NCBI RefSeq assembly: GCF_028641065.1
Contig: NC_073386.1
Coordinates: 56,358,001-56,422,000, forward strand
Source: Leucoraja erinacea
Lineage: Eukaryota
DNA: 64,000 nt
Reading direction: 5' to 3'
In this document: positions 11,641 to 24,648 of the stretch, in pieces
How positions within the stretch are numbered: the first letter of the stretch is position 1
Layout: each line of letters starts with the position of its first letter
Notes under the pieces: generated by a model
What the model saw: the letters and a program-made list of their open reading frames with translations, nothing else
Told to the model about the DNA's origin: nothing
The model's database searches: none
Translations under genes and position numbers: made by a program

Positions 11641-12668
11641 AGTAATCTTTAAAAAAGTTGGATTTTTCTCAGCACCAGTCCACGGATGCCTGGATTAGGC
11701 AAGAATCCCTTCTCATGGTGCATCTGGCACCAGCTACCCCAGACGACACGTTCCATTGTATTGAGGCAGAGAAACTGCATGTTGCCAATGAGGATTGTGG
11801 ACGTGATGAGGGCTGGTTTTGCTGCCGAGATTCTCATTCCAGATACACGGAGAAGGGAGCAGCTTCAGCGGAGTGAACATCCAGCCCCGACTTCTCTTTG
11901 TCTGACTAATTGCTTTGCCATCAAGCACTCTGAAGTGCACTCAGTTAATGAGTGTACCATCTTCTCGTGCTCAATATCTCTAATATATGAGCATGCACAA
12001 TTTTCACGGGTGCAAAATAACGGTGCATGAAAGTGATTGTTAAACTCTGTGCTCCTGCCTCAGAAGTTAAAGTGGAAATTGAAAATGCAGCAGCTTCATA
12101 ACTAACTTAAGGTTCATTAGCATATGATAGGGGGTGGAATTCAGTTGCCCTTTTGAAAATTATTTTGTATGCAAAGAAATTAAATTACAGGCAATGCAAA
12201 TTACCCATTGTACACATATTAAAATGATAATTATGGTCAACTATGCATTGGGAAAAATACCACATCACTTACCGCCTGAAATAATTAATCCTTATCCTGG
12301 CGTAGAAATAATTAGCGCGCACATCTCATTGGTTTTCCAAATGCAAATGTCATTACCTTTCAAATGCCATGAGGCAGCAGCAATTTCATTACTATTGAGT
12401 GCTGTCTTTCATTTAATAAATACACTCAAAAGTTGTTACAACAGCGCAGAACAAATCGGAATTTAAATCAACTAATTATTACTTAATCAACTTTTTGAAT
12501 TCGGCGTGACGAGTATGAACAAACAGTGGCTGATTTTCTAGGCAAAAAATATTCTAGAAGTGCCCTGAAACGTCGTCTGTCCATTTCCTCCACAGATGCT
12601 GCCTGGCCCACTGAGTTTTTCAGCTGTTTTGGTTTTACTATTAATCTTTCTACACTGTATTTTATGAA

Positions 12669-13787
12669 ATGAATGGGGGTCGAGTACTGACATGGATAGA
12701 GAAGTGGTTGGCAGACAGGAAACAAAGAGAAGGGATTAACAGGTCCCTTTCAGAATGGCAGGCAGTGACTAGTGGGGTGCCGCAAGGCTCGGTGCTGGGA
12801 CCGCAGCTATTTACAATATACATCAATGATTTGGATGAAGGGATTAAAAGTTACATTAGCAAAATTGCAGATGACACAAAGCTGGGTGGCAGTGTGAACA
12901 GTGAGAAGGATGCTATGAGAATGCAGGGTGACTTGGACAGGTTGGGGGAGTGGGCAGATGCATGGCAGATGAAGTTTAATGCGGATAAATGTGAGGTTAT
13001 CCTTGGTAGCAAAAACAGGAAGACAGATTACTATCTAAATGGCGTCAAGTTGGGAAAAGGGGAAGTACAACGGGATTTGGGGGTCCTTGTACATCAGTCA
13101 ATGAAAGTAAGCATGCAGGTGCAGCAGGTAGTGAAGAAAGCAAATGGGACGTTGGCCTTTATAACAAGAGGTCGTATATAGGAGCAAAGAGGTCCTTCTG
13201 CAGTTGTACAGAGCCCTAGTGAGACTACACCTGGAGTATTGTGTGCAGTTTTGGTCCCCTAATTTTAGGAAGGACATTCTTGCTATTGAGGGAGTGCAGC
13301 ATAGGTTTACAAGGTTAATTCCCGTGATGGCGGGACTGTCATATGCTGAGAGAATGGAGCAGCTGGGCTTGTACACTCTGGAGTTTAGAATGATGAGAGG
13401 GAATCTCATTGAAACATATAAGATTGTTAAGGGTTTGGACACGCTAGAGGCAGGAAACATGTTCCCGATGTTGGGGAGTCCAGAACCAGGGGCCACAGTT
13501 TAAGAATAAGGAGTAAGCCATTTAGAACGGAGATGAGGAAACACTTTTTCTCACAGAGAGTGGTGAGTCTGTGGAATTCTCTGCCTCAGAGGGCGGTGGA
13601 GGCAGATTCTCTGGATCTTTTCAAGAGAGAGCTAGATAGGGCTCATAAAAATAGAGGAGTCAGGGGATATGTGGAAAAGGCAGGAACGGGGTACTAATTG
13701 AGGATGATCAGCCATGATCATATTGAATAGCGGTGCTGGCTCGAAGGGCCGAATGGCCTACTCCTGCACCTATTGTCTATTGTCTAT
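12669..13787 (+). mobile_element. CR1-clade LINE (HER1-like), 5'-truncated RT fragment with 3' UTR; frameshifted
   Basis: RT motifs SGVPQGSVLGPQLFTIYINDL and IADDTKL, then LVRLHLEYCVQFWSP after a frameshift near 13175; tail CTATTGTCTATTGTCTAT. Confidence 0.93.
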
Positions 13788-13909
13788 GGAATACTTACAT
13801 TTTAAAATGCAGTTACTACCGCATTCTGATGAAAGGTGATTGGTCCGTAAGAAGATGTTGTTCTCTCTACAGATGCTGCCTTACTTAGTGGGCATTTCCA
13901 GCATTTTCC

Positions 13910-14213
13910 GTTTAGTTTAGTTTAGTTTAGAGATACAGCACGGAAACAGGTCCTTCGGCCCACCGAGTCCCCACCGACCAGCGAACCCCCCACATTAACA
14001 CTACCCTACACACGCTATAGACAATTTGGATTTATAACAAGACAATGAACCTACTTTGTCTTTGGAGTGTGGGAGGAAACCGAAGATCTCAGAGAAAGCC
14101 TACGCGGTACGGAGAAGGTACAAACTCCGTACAGACAGCACCCGTAGTCGGGATCGAACCAGTGTCTCTGGCGCTGTAATCGCTGTAAGGCAGCAACTCT
14201 ACGACTGCGCCAT
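13910..14213 (-). mobile_element. V-SINE (HE1-like)
   Basis: (GTTTA)n tail at left; reverse V-domain and B-box. Confidence 0.8.
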
Positions 14214-14274
14214 TGTCTTTAGTTTAGATTTCCAACTCCGCGAGCATCTTGCATTAGTTTACCTGATTCTCCTC

Positions 14275-14690
14275 ACCTCCCTCTCAGTCTTCTCTGGATT
14301 CTCTGGCAGCTCATTCCAGATACAGAAAAAACATTGCCCCTGAAGTACCTCTTAGATCTCTCCCCTCTTACCATAAACGTTTGCCCTCTGGTTTGAGAAT
14401 CCTCTACTTTGGGGAAAAGACTGTGAGCATTCAATTTACCCATGCCCCATATAATTTTGTTCACTTCACTAAGGTCATCGTTCAGCCTCCTGCACTCCAA
14501 AGAAAAATGTCTCAGCCTATCCACCCTCTCCCTATAACTCAAGCCCTCAAGCCCAGGTAACTTCCTGCTTCTGCACCCTTTCCAATTTAATGACATCCCT
14601 CCTTTTTTACTGTGACATTATTTCGTACTCAAAGCCCTTCCCAATGAAGGGAGGACATGCCACCACATACTTCACCACCCTAAGGAACCA
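14275..14690 (-). mobile_element. Degenerate CR1 fragment
   Basis: LPGLEGLSYRERVDRLRHFSLECRRL peptide. Confidence 0.75.
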
Positions 14691-15177
14691 TGCACCTGTA
14701 TTCCAAGAGTCTGAAGAAGGGTCCCGACCCTAAACATCACCTATCCATGTTCTCCAGAGATGCTGCCTGACTCGCTGAGTTACTCTAGCACTTTGTGTCT
14801 TTTTTTGGGGGATACGAGCATCTGTGGTTCTTTGTTTTTACACCTGTATTCCCAGATCCCTCTGTTCCACAACACTCTCCAGGGCTCTACATTTACTGTT
14901 GTGCCGTGGGATGACACACCAAAGTACAACACCTCACACTTGCCAGAGTTAAATGAGGTTGTAATCCTCATGGCTTTACTCGATCTCGGAGAAGTCCGAG
15001 AGGATAGCTGAGGAATGCACATGGAACAAACATCAATATGTAATAAATAAGCTTAAACATTCTCAGCAGAACAGACTGACGTGCTGCCCGATTGATCACA
15101 AACTCTTGGACGATTCATTGCTGGCTTTCCACTGCCTCTTTGCCAGCCTCGTGAAGAGAGGGTGTATGTTTGAATGG

Positions 15178-15465
15178 GGTGGCACAATGGTGCAGTGGTA
15201 GAGTTACTGCCTTACAGCACCAGAGACCTGGGTTCAATCCTGACTATGGGTGCTGTATGTACATTTGCACAAGTTTGCACATTCTCCCAGTGGCCGCATG
15301 TGTTTTCTCCTAGTGCTCCAGTTTCTTCCCACACTCTAAAGACGTACAGGTTTGTTGGTTGTTTGGCTTTGGTAAAATTGTAACTCCTCCTTCGTGTGTA
15401 GGCTAGTGTTAGAGTAAGGGGTGATCGCTGGTCGATGAGCCTGTTTCCGTGCTGTATCTCGAAAA
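15178..15465 (+). mobile_element. V-SINE (HE1-like)
   Basis: Head with GGTTCAATCC, V-domain and tail. Confidence 0.75.
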
Positions 15466-15619
15466 TTTAAAGAATGACTTTGAAAGTAAGTCATTGAGTG
15501 AGACACAGCCCCAGACGACACGACAAGATTGCTTACAACAGTTGGGAAGGATGGTGGCGCTGGTGAGGAATGCAACAAATTCCTTTGTTTAAGTGATTGG
15601 GAAAGAATTCCTTGAAAAG

Positions 15620-15840
15620 ATACAAGCTAAATGCTGGAGTAAATCAGCGGGACAAGCAGCATCTCTGGATAGAAGGAGACGTTTTGGGGCGAGACCCTTC
15701 TTCAGATTGAGAGTCAAGGGAGAGGGAGACACAAAAATACGGAAGAGTAAGGTGTGAAAACGAGATATCAAAGGGGACGAAGTTCAAGGAAAATGTAGAA
15801 TAGAACATTGTTAGTTGGGGAAGGGTGACAACAAAGCTTA
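15620..15840 (-). mobile_element. Penelope-like terminal fragment with decayed hammerhead core
   Basis: Same tail and core (reverse) as 2165-2291, plus a purine-rich extension. Confidence 0.55.
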
Positions 15841-15943
15841 CATAGACTCTGGCTTCAGGCTAGATGTTGTGGTGAAAGAGAATGGACAGGAAAGGGTGCT
15901 GGACTCTGCAGAGAGGTGCACACTGTAACAACATATAACCCCT

Positions 15944-16462
15944 AATTATCTGAATGGTGGCCGATTAGGAAAAGGGGAGATGCAATGAGACCTGGGTGTC
16001 ATGGTACACCAGTCATTGAAAGTAGGCATGAAGGTGCAGCAGGCAGTGAAGAAAGCGAATGGTATGTTAGCATTCATAGCAAAAGGATTTGAGTATAAGA
16101 GCAGGGAGGCTCTACTGCAGTTGTACAGGGTCTCGGTGAGACCACACCTGGAGTATTGCATACAGTTTTGGTCTCCTAATCTGAGGAAAGACATTCTTGC
16201 CGTGGAGGGAGTACAGAGAAGGTTCACCAGACTGATTGCTGAGATGGCAGGACTGTCATATGAAGAAAGACTGGATAGACTCACCTTGTACTCGCTTGAA
16301 TTTAGAAGATTGAGGGGGGATCTTATAGAAACTTACAAAATTCTTAAGGGGTTGGACAGGCAAGATGCAGGAAGATTGTTCCCGATGTTGGGGAAGTCCA
16401 GAACAAGGGTCACAGTTTAAGGATAAGGGGGAAGTCTTTTAGGACCGAGATGAGAAAATCAT
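15944..16462 (+). mobile_element. CR1 LINE ORF2 fragment
   Basis: QQAVKKANGMLAFI...RPHLEYCIQFWSP...RRLRGDLIETYKIL. Confidence 0.9.
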
Positions 16463-17416
16463 TTAATATAACTAAGCATTGTAACTAAAACCAGTTATTT
16501 AAAAAAAATAATGAAATGTCTAAAGTTTTCCCTGTGATATATAATTCCCAAAGTGAATTAGACTACTTCCAGATCAGAAAATCATCAATAAAAATATCTG
16601 TATAAAAGATATACTGCAGACATTTCATTGATTAGTCTACTCTGACCTGGTGCAGTCTGTTTTAAAACTATTAACCAGGCTTCCAGGTTTGCCTTGTCTT
16701 TTCCAGTTGCTTCTACTTCATGTATGCTTGAGGTAATTGGATTTTGATTTGGAATTTCTGAATGTTGTCGATGCGCCAGTTACCAGCGAGTAACCTGATA
16801 ATGTTATTTCACCGTAGCAATCAATTTTCAATCCAAACACCAGATATTTCAAGCTGTAATGTTCCACAATACTACTCTGTCTCTATTTCAACATATTTCT
16901 GATTTACAGTCCACTTATGCAGCGGATGGTTTCGGTTAGACAACTAAATGAGCACGTTGGCAGTCATTAATATTGTCATGTTCAAACCGAAAGAAATATG
17001 AGGCTTATATGTTGTCATCTAACACTTATAAACAATGGATATAGCGATTGTGGCCTGCGATTTAGCCACACTAATACACAATCAACAAAAGTTTCTGAGT
17101 CAGTGCACAGACACCAAGAAAATTGTGTCTACATAGACAGTGCATTTCATGTCAGACAGAAATCTCTCAGGACCTGTGGCCATTTTTATTTTCTGATCAC
17201 TAATTATTGATCTCCAGTGGTGAAAATGTTTGAAAAGGGATGGCACGTCTGCATGGCTAGAAGCACTGTGATCCAGCTACAAACCTGACCTTGGGTCTGT
17301 TTGTATGGAGTTTGTACGTTCTCCCTGTATTTCCCTGTATTCTCCCTGCATTTTTCCCGGATACTCCAGTTCCCTCCCACACATCAAACATATTGTTCCT
17401 AATAAATAATAGAGCC

Positions 17417-17711
17417 GGCACAGAGGTAGAGGTGCTACCTTACCACTAGAGACCTGATTTTGATCCTGACCTCGGGTGCTGTCTGGGTGGAGTTTGCACG
17501 TTCCTTCTGTGACTCCATTGGTTTCCTCTGGGTTCTTCAGTTTCTTCCCACATCCCAAAGACATGCAGGTTTGTAGGATTTTTGGCCTCTCTAAGTTGCA
17601 CCTAGTGTATAGGATGCGAAACTGGGTTTAACATAGAACGAATGTCAATGGGCGGTCAGCGTAGACTTGATGGGCCAAAGGGCCTGTTTCCCTGCTGTAT
17701 TGCTAAAATAA
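17417..17711 (+). mobile_element. V-SINE whose tail is interrupted by the Harbinger MITE
   Basis: V-domain and tail; the tail resumes (TAAACTAAAA) after 18526. Confidence 0.75.
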
Positions 17712-17838
17712 AGGGGCTGTCCCACTTGGGCGACCTAATCCGCGAGTTAAGAAGAGTGTCTTCAACCTTCGAGGGCACTCGCATAGAATGCCTCGAGCTG
17801 GATAGACCGTCCCCATTGAAACCGCGAGCTGGATCGAC

Positions 17839-17905
<67 letters not shown>

Positions 17906-18526
17906 CGCAAACTTGGGGGCCAGGAATAGTGGGGGAGCGCTGTCTGAAATTCACACTTGTGATAAAGAGGAAGGTAAAAATGTAATGGTAAGTACTTTAG
18001 AGGAGCACTCGCATAGAGGGGCCTCGGGGGGATAAGGGGAGAGAAGGGGAGAGCACAATGGGGAACACACACACAGAAGGGGGGGGGGAGAAGGGGGGGG
18101 GGAGAAGGAGTGGAGATACTTTTAAGAAGTATAATAAAGTTTAGCGGGCATTTTACCTACCGGTCGGTTTTCTTTAGTCCTGAAAATTAGCCAATGAGCC
18201 AATCAAAATGCCCGTTCAGCGAAAGAGATTGCCTACGGCTGCCCTCGACTGCCTGTAACTAAATAGCGACCCCACTCCGCTTCACTATGAGTTCAAAAGA
18301 ACCATGCCGATCAAATTTTACTCGCAGAATATTTTTCAACATGCTGAAAATATTTCCACGACCTAGCTGAGGCCACGAGAATTCAGGAACTTTCCTCGAG
18401 CATGAAGGAGTGTTCCAGCGACCTCATAGGACCTCCTAGGACCACGTGTCGACCATGCTGCGAGTTTGAAGGTCGAAGACACTCTTCTAAACTCGCAGAT
18501 TAGGTCGCCCAAGTGGGACAGCCCCT
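17712..18526. mobile_element. PIF/Harbinger-type non-autonomous DNA transposon (MITE), 815 bp
   Basis: 59-bp TIRs AGGGGCTGTCCCACTTGGGCGACC... (17712-17770 and 18468-18526, 3 mismatches); TAA TSD at 17709-17711 and 18527-18529; internal (CA)n. Confidence 0.9.
17839..17903 (+). repeat. (CA)n microsatellite
   Basis: Directly visible. Confidence 0.95.
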
Positions 18527-18636
18527 TAAACTAAAAGTTGATGGATGGAGGGAAATATGGGGAGAAGGGCTTGTTCCTTGGCTGTACTGTTCTACTGTTC
18601 AATAAAATGTAATTAGTACATATTTGGCTATACAGT

Positions 18637-18811
18637 GTATTTAAGAGGGAGTTAGATGTGGCCCTTGTGACTAAAGGGATCAGGGGGTATGGAGAGAAGG
18701 CAGGTACAGGTTACTGAGTTGGATGATCAGCCGTGATCATATTGAATGGCGGTGCAGGCTTGAAGGGCCAAATGGCCTACTCCTGCACCTATTTTCTATG
18801 TTTCTATGTTT
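18637..18811 (+). mobile_element. CR1 3' end
   Basis: GGATGATCAGCC...GAAGGGCCAAATGGCCTACTCCTGCACC and (TTTCTATG)n tail. Confidence 0.85.
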
Positions 18812-20025
18812 ACAGGATTAGCGCAAGTGGGTACTTGATGGCCTTTGCAGACTTGCTGAACTGAGAGCGTCAAGCTTGCTGAGTGTTCTAGAAATCGAAG
18901 CAAGGAACTGGTAGTGTTTTGCACAGATTTCTGTTTCTGATATACAACAGAGGAAATTCAAGATCGTATTCACTGTCCTTCATTAATTTTGCAGTGTTGT
19001 ACTGGAGTTTTGACCTGTTACTTGTACGCACTGTGTTTATATTTATTTTCACTCCTGCAGAGCTAAATGGTGCAGCGTGCAGAGAATAGCAATCAGTCTG
19101 TTGAAGCTCGTAACGTTACAACGTGGATGCTTCCATCTGGTTAATGTTGTGTGATGCAACGTAAACTATTGACTGGAGGCGTCCGACCTGAAACTTTCAA
19201 TAGAAGGATCAAATTCACATTGGTGGGACATAAACTCACCTTCCAATTGATTCATAGCAGGAGTAAAAATTTGTATTGTATAAAACACAAAGTGCTGGAG
19301 GAACTCAGCGGCTCAGACAGTATCTGTGAATGGACAGGTGACGTTTCGGTTCGGGACTCTTATTCAGTCTAAAGGAGTGGAGGGGAGATAGTGAGTAGAG
19401 TGAAGGAAGGAGATGGCATGGGGCAAGAGTTGATGGATGCATTCAGGTGAGGAGAGGTTGTCTGGCAGGTAAGTCCCAGACTTGGTTACGACCTCCACCT
19501 ATCTCTCCCCCTCTCATCTCTCAACCAGCCCCTCCCCATCTGAATGCATCTCTCCCTTACAAGTTCGTGCCACACCTCTTCCCTTCCTTTCGCTTTGCCA
19601 ACCATCTCCCCGCACTTCCGCCCTCCTGCCTGACCCACTGAATTCTCTCCGCTCTTTGTTTTAGTTGATTCAGGATTCCGGGATCTGCAGCTCCGGAGTC
19701 TCTAAGGAATTGTTGGACTGTGCCAACAAATTAATGTTTGAATCGACTGGCACAAAGTGGCTCTGCGAACACCTTCTTCCATTAATCGTATCATTTAACA
19801 TTTTAAAGATGCTACTTATTCCAGATTTCAATTTGGCATTAGCAATTCGTGCTCTCTGTTCAAAAACATTCTTGAGGATCTCCCATTGACAAACACTGCT
19901 GCAGGATAATTTCTTATCGATGATAAAACAACATTTGGTGCAACAGGAAATAATTTAGTTGCAGGCCAAGACTAGTCGTTTTTTTTTAATAGGTCTAATT
20001 TTGATTTATCTCAATAGACATGGAG

Positions 20026-20445
20026 ACTTTAGAGATACAGCACGGAAACAGGCTTTTTGGACCACAGAGTCCGTGTCGACCAGCGATCACCCTGTACACT
20101 AGCACCCTCCTACACACTAGGGGCAATTTACAAATTTACCAAAGCCAATTCACCTACAAACCTGTGTGTGGGAGTGTAGGAGGAAATCGTAGCACCCAGA
20201 GAAAACCGACCATTCAGCTCACTGATCACTTGCACACTAGTTCAATCAAACACACTAGGAACAATATACAGAAGCAAATAATACAACATACAAACCTGCA
20301 CATCTTTGGAATGTGGGAGGAAACCGGAGCACTCGAGGAAAACCCACACGGTCACAGGGAGAATGTACAAACTCCGTACAGACAGCACCATAGTCAGGAT
20401 CGAACCCGGGTCTCTGGCGTTGTAAGTTAGCAGCTCTACCGCTGC
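20026..20445 (-). mobile_element. Composite V-SINE copies
   Basis: Two overlapping reverse-strand V-SINE segments. Confidence 0.7.
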
Positions 20446-20560
20446 ACGAAATGTGTGCCACCCTCGAATAGTATGCCCTGGTCTCAATTCAGTCATTTAA
20501 AATAAACATTCGAAGTGGCACTCTTTAGAAATCTTTTTCCAATGTGTGCTTTTGTCCAAA

Positions 20561-20868
20561 CTAACTTGGCTTGTATTCACTGGAATTTAGAAGGATGAGA
20601 GGGCATCTTATAGAAACATATAAAATTATAAAAGGACTGGACAAGCTAGATGCAGGAAAAATGTTCCCAATGTTGGGGGAGTTCAGAACCAGGGGCCTCA
20701 GTCTAAGAATAAAGGGGATGCCATTTAAAACTGAGATGAAAAAATACTTTTTCACCCAGAGAATTGTGAATTTGTGAAATTCTCTGCAACATAAGGCAGT
20801 GGAGGCCAATTCACTGGATGAATTTAAAAGAGAATTAGATAGAGCTCTTGGGGCTAGCAGAATCAAGG
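20561..20868 (+). mobile_element. CR1 ORF2 C-terminal fragment
   Basis: YSLEFRRMRGHLIETYKIIKGLDKLDAGKMFPM. Confidence 0.88.
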
Positions 20869-22014
20869 TTTGGGACCTTTCTTCCTACATAGAAATACTG
20901 GATGAGATTAAAGAGAGGAGGAGAGGTGAAATTAGACATGGCCAGGGTGGTTGCACCAGTAATAATATTGGCTGCCTGTTTGAGATAATGCCTCCAATTG
21001 ATCCCTTCAATGGTGGGGAGGTCAGTACTTGTGATGGACCAGGCAGTCCTTACCACTCTCTGAAACCTCTTTCATTCCTGCACGTTCAAGTCACCTCACC
21101 AGGCCGTGATACAAGTCATTATGCTCTATATGTACACCAGTAGACGTTTGCTGGAGTTAACTACATTTCGCCACAGATGCTGCCTGACCTGCTGAGTGTT
21201 TCCTGCATTTTCTGGGGTTAATTGTACATTTCACGCATCTGCAGGAAGCTTTTCGAAAAGTTTGCTTTTTTTTCTTCATTTTTAATTGCAGTATTACCCA
21301 CATCTGTGTTCAAGAGGCTCACAAACATCAGCGTCAGAGATTCTGAGTCAATGTTTAGTTGACCTTGATATCGCTCAAAGGTTTATTTTTATATTCCCTT
21401 TAGTTGTTCTTGCTGTCTCTCGGTTCTTCCATTTGTATTTATAAAATATCTCCCAACTCCATGAACCTACAGCATACTTTGCCCTCTTATATACTCTCTC
21501 CTCAAGTTGTTCATTGGTCATGGGTCTTAACTATACCTTAGGGTTGCACATCAGACCAATATCTAAATATATTCTCTTTGGAACCTGTCTACTGTGTTAT
21601 TTTGCCCAGTTACTGTCTTGGACCAGTTTCCTGTAATTGTTTTCTATCCTACTCTGCTAAAATTAACCTTTGTAAAATTTAGAAATCTTGTAACATCAAA
21701 AGTGTTTTATTGACATATGGCCTGAAACATGACATTGGAATTCTTACTTGCAGCAGAACAACAGAATATGTAAACATAGTAATCTGTAATCTGTAAAACC
21801 TATAATAAACAAACTGTAAGTTTATGTAGTTCAGAGCTGATGTGGAAGTTGTAGTGTTTAATAGTCTGAAGATAGACACAAAAAAGCTGGACTACCTCAG
21901 CGGGAACGGCAGCATTGCTGGAGAAAAGGAATAGGTGAGGTTTCGGGTCCAGACCCTTGTTCAGACAGCAGAAGGGTCTCCACCCCAAACATAATATTTT
22001 CCTATTCTCCAGAC

Positions 22015-22600
22015 ATCAAGAGGTCAAGAAAAGTCAAGAGAGTTTAATTGTCATGTAATATGTAAACATAGTACAGAACGGGAGATACATTTCAGTGTGT
22101 CTGTAGACCATAGACCATAGACCATAGACCATTATATACACAATAAGAAACAGATAAAGTGAAATAGTAATAATAGATTGTTATTGTTGAGAGCTTATTT
22201 GAAGTTGTGTTTAATAGCCCGATGGCTGTGGGGAAGAAGCTGTTCCTGAACCTGAATGTTACAGATTTCAGGCTCCTGTACCTTCTTCCCGATGGCAATA
22301 GAGAGATGAGTGTGTAGTCAGGATGGTGTGGGTCTTTGATGATGTTGGCAACCTTTTTGAGGCAGCGACTGCGATAGATCCCTTCGGGAGGTCAGAGCCG
22401 ATGATGGACTGGGCAGTGGTCACAACTTTCTGCATTCTTATCCGCTCCTGGACGCTCAAGTTGCCGAACCAAGCCACAATGCAACCGGTCAGCATGTGCA
22501 CCTGTAGAAGTTCAAGAGAGTCCTCCTTGACATACCGACTCTCCGTAATCTTCTCAGGAAGTAGAGGCGCTGATGCGCCTTCTTTATAATTGCATCAGTG
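22015..22600 (-). mobile_element. Rex1/Babar-like LINE 3' fragment
   Basis: IIKKAHQRLYFLRRLRRVGMSRRTLLNFYRC, GCIVAWFGN and PSGRRYRS peptides; (CTTGA)-type tail. Confidence 0.82.
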
Positions 22601-22784
22601 TGCTGCCTGACCGCTGAGTAACTCCAGCATTTTGTGTCTATCTTAGGTGCAAACCAGTATCTGCAGTTCCTTCCGACACGTGTTTTAAAAGCCTGATAGT
22701 TGGAGGGAAGAAGCTGCTCCTGATTCTGGACGTTACAGTTTTCAGTCAATAACTATGTTGGGTTTGTTGAGGTTTGATGCCTCA

Positions 22785-23066
22785 AAAAGGGACAGAAGTT
22801 TAGGGGTAATATGAGGGGGAACTTCTTTACGCAGAGAGTGGTGGCGGTGTGGAATGAGCTCCCAGTGGAAGTGGTGGAGGCAGGTTCATTGGTATAATTT
22901 AAAAATAAATTGGATAGGCATATGGATGAGATGGGAATGGCGGGTTATGGTATGAGTGCAGGCAGGTGGGACTAAGGGGAACAAAATTTGTTCGGCATGG
23001 ACTTGTAGGGCCGAGATGGCCTGTTTCCGTGCTGTAATTGTTATATGGTTATATGGTTATATGGTT
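22785..23066 (+). mobile_element. CR1 3' fragment with (TTATATGG)n tail
   Basis: FFTQRVVAVWNELP-type coding remnant and tandem tail. Confidence 0.75.
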
Positions 23067-23460
23067 AAAATGATTTCTATCATATTTTGGGCTTCAGAGC
23101 AGCAGCATCTCAGGTTGCTGAATCGGAACAATCTCATGAGTCTGCCAATGCGAAGAGGTGTCCCAAAGCGCTAAGGTCCCACGTGGGGTTTTCATGGTCT
23201 GGTTGAGTAGGACTAATCTCCCCGGCAGCTCTGAGCTGTGTTCCAGGGCTCCTCGGTGTGGGGGAGGGGGATGGGCAAGCATGAATGTGTGTGCTAGCTC
23301 GGGGGGGGGAGCCAACACTCAGCGAGCTGCAGCTTCCCTGGTGCTCACACAGCTCCAGGCACAGTCTGCACATTACCCAATCCGACTGGCATATGGATCG
23401 TAAGTGTCTCACTCACACGCTCACTCTCTCACTGTGTGAAAGGTTGACCTGGACCAGGAA

Positions 23461-23642
23461 NNNNNNNNNNNNNNNNNNNNNNNNNNNNNNNNNNNNNNNN
23501 NNNNNNNNNNNNNNNNNNNNNNNNNNNNNNNNNNNNNNNNNNNNNNNNNNNNNNNNNNNNNNNNNNNNNNNNNNNNNNNNNNNNNNNNNNNNNNNNNNNN
23601 NNNNNNNNNNNNNNNNNNNNNNNNNNNNNNNNNNNNNNNNNN
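23461..23642. other. N-run (gap or masked simple repeat); others at 38812-38998, 40914-41132 and 59421-59636
   Basis: Runs of n, 182-219 nt long, mostly flanked by low-complexity sequence. Confidence 0.95.
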
Positions 23643-23834
23643 GAGGGGGGGGGGGGGGAAAGAAAGAGGGTGAGGAAGGGCAGGAGAGGAGGGGATGGGG
23701 GAAAGAGGGAGGAGATGGGGGAAGGAGGGAGGGGGGGAGGAGAGGGGGGGAGAGAGAGGGGGGGAAGGGGAGGGAGAGAGGAGGGGAGGAGAGGAGAGGG
23801 AAGTGGGGGAATGAGGGGTGAGAGAAGAGGTTAC

Positions 23835-24007
23835 ATAGAAACATAGAAACATAGAAATTAGGTGCAGGAGTAGGCCATTCAGCCCTTCCAGCCTGCACCG
23901 CCATTCAATATGATCATGGCTGATCATCCAACTCAGTATCCCGTACCTGCCTTCTCTCCATACCCTCTGATCCCCTTAGCCACAAGGGCCACATCTAACT
24001 CCCTCTT
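23835..24007 (-). mobile_element. CR1 3' end
   Basis: (CATAGAAA)3 tail; reverse of the 18637-type 3' UTR. Confidence 0.85.
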
Positions 24008-24395
24008 AGGTGTTACATGTTACATCAGACTACATGTTGCCAAGTAGGGGCCGGGAAAACTCTGCATTTGAAATTTTGCAGCACATGTTCATTTTTCTTT
24101 CAATTACTTAACATCCAGAACAGTAGAATCCCTTCATCACTTCCCTACTCTGGGGGGTATTTATTTTTAAAGTATAAAGTAAGGAATGAAGTGATTCAGG
24201 TGGCACCAAGAATAAGATCAGAGAAGGGGTTGAATAATAGAAAAGCATTCCAAAATGGCATGATTGCCACAAAGCAAGGAGGTTGATTTAAAAAGATGTG
24301 TATTTATATACAGTTCATAATTATAAATTAATATATATCATTAATTAACCCTATTTCAGAGGTTATTAGTGACTTTCATTGAATAAACTGAAATG

Positions 24396-24648
24396 ACAGC
24401 ACAGTGGTGCAGCGGCATAGCTGCTGCCTCACAGCATCAGAGACCTTGGCTGATCCAGACCACGGATGCTGTCCGTGTGGAGTTTGGAAAGACGTGCGGG
24501 TTTGTAGGTTATTTGGCCTCTGTAACTCGCCTCTCGTGTGTAGGGAGTGGATGTGAAAGCGGAATAACATAGAACTAGTGTGAAGGGGTGATTGATGGTT
24601 GGCGTGGACTAGGTGGGCCGAAGGGCCTGGTTCATGCTGTATCTTTCA
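24396..24648 (+). mobile_element. V-SINE with internal deletion
   Basis: Head and tail present; middle of the V-domain missing. Confidence 0.7.

Noticed and set aside
12669-13503. Reverse transcriptase ORFs as a host gene or active element
   Set aside because: 5'-truncated, frameshifted CR1 copy lacking most of the RT and the endonuclease.
11737-15522. Shared 14-mer CCCCAGACGACACG near 11737 and 15508
   Set aside because: No extended similarity around it; compatible with chance or an ancient repeat fragment.
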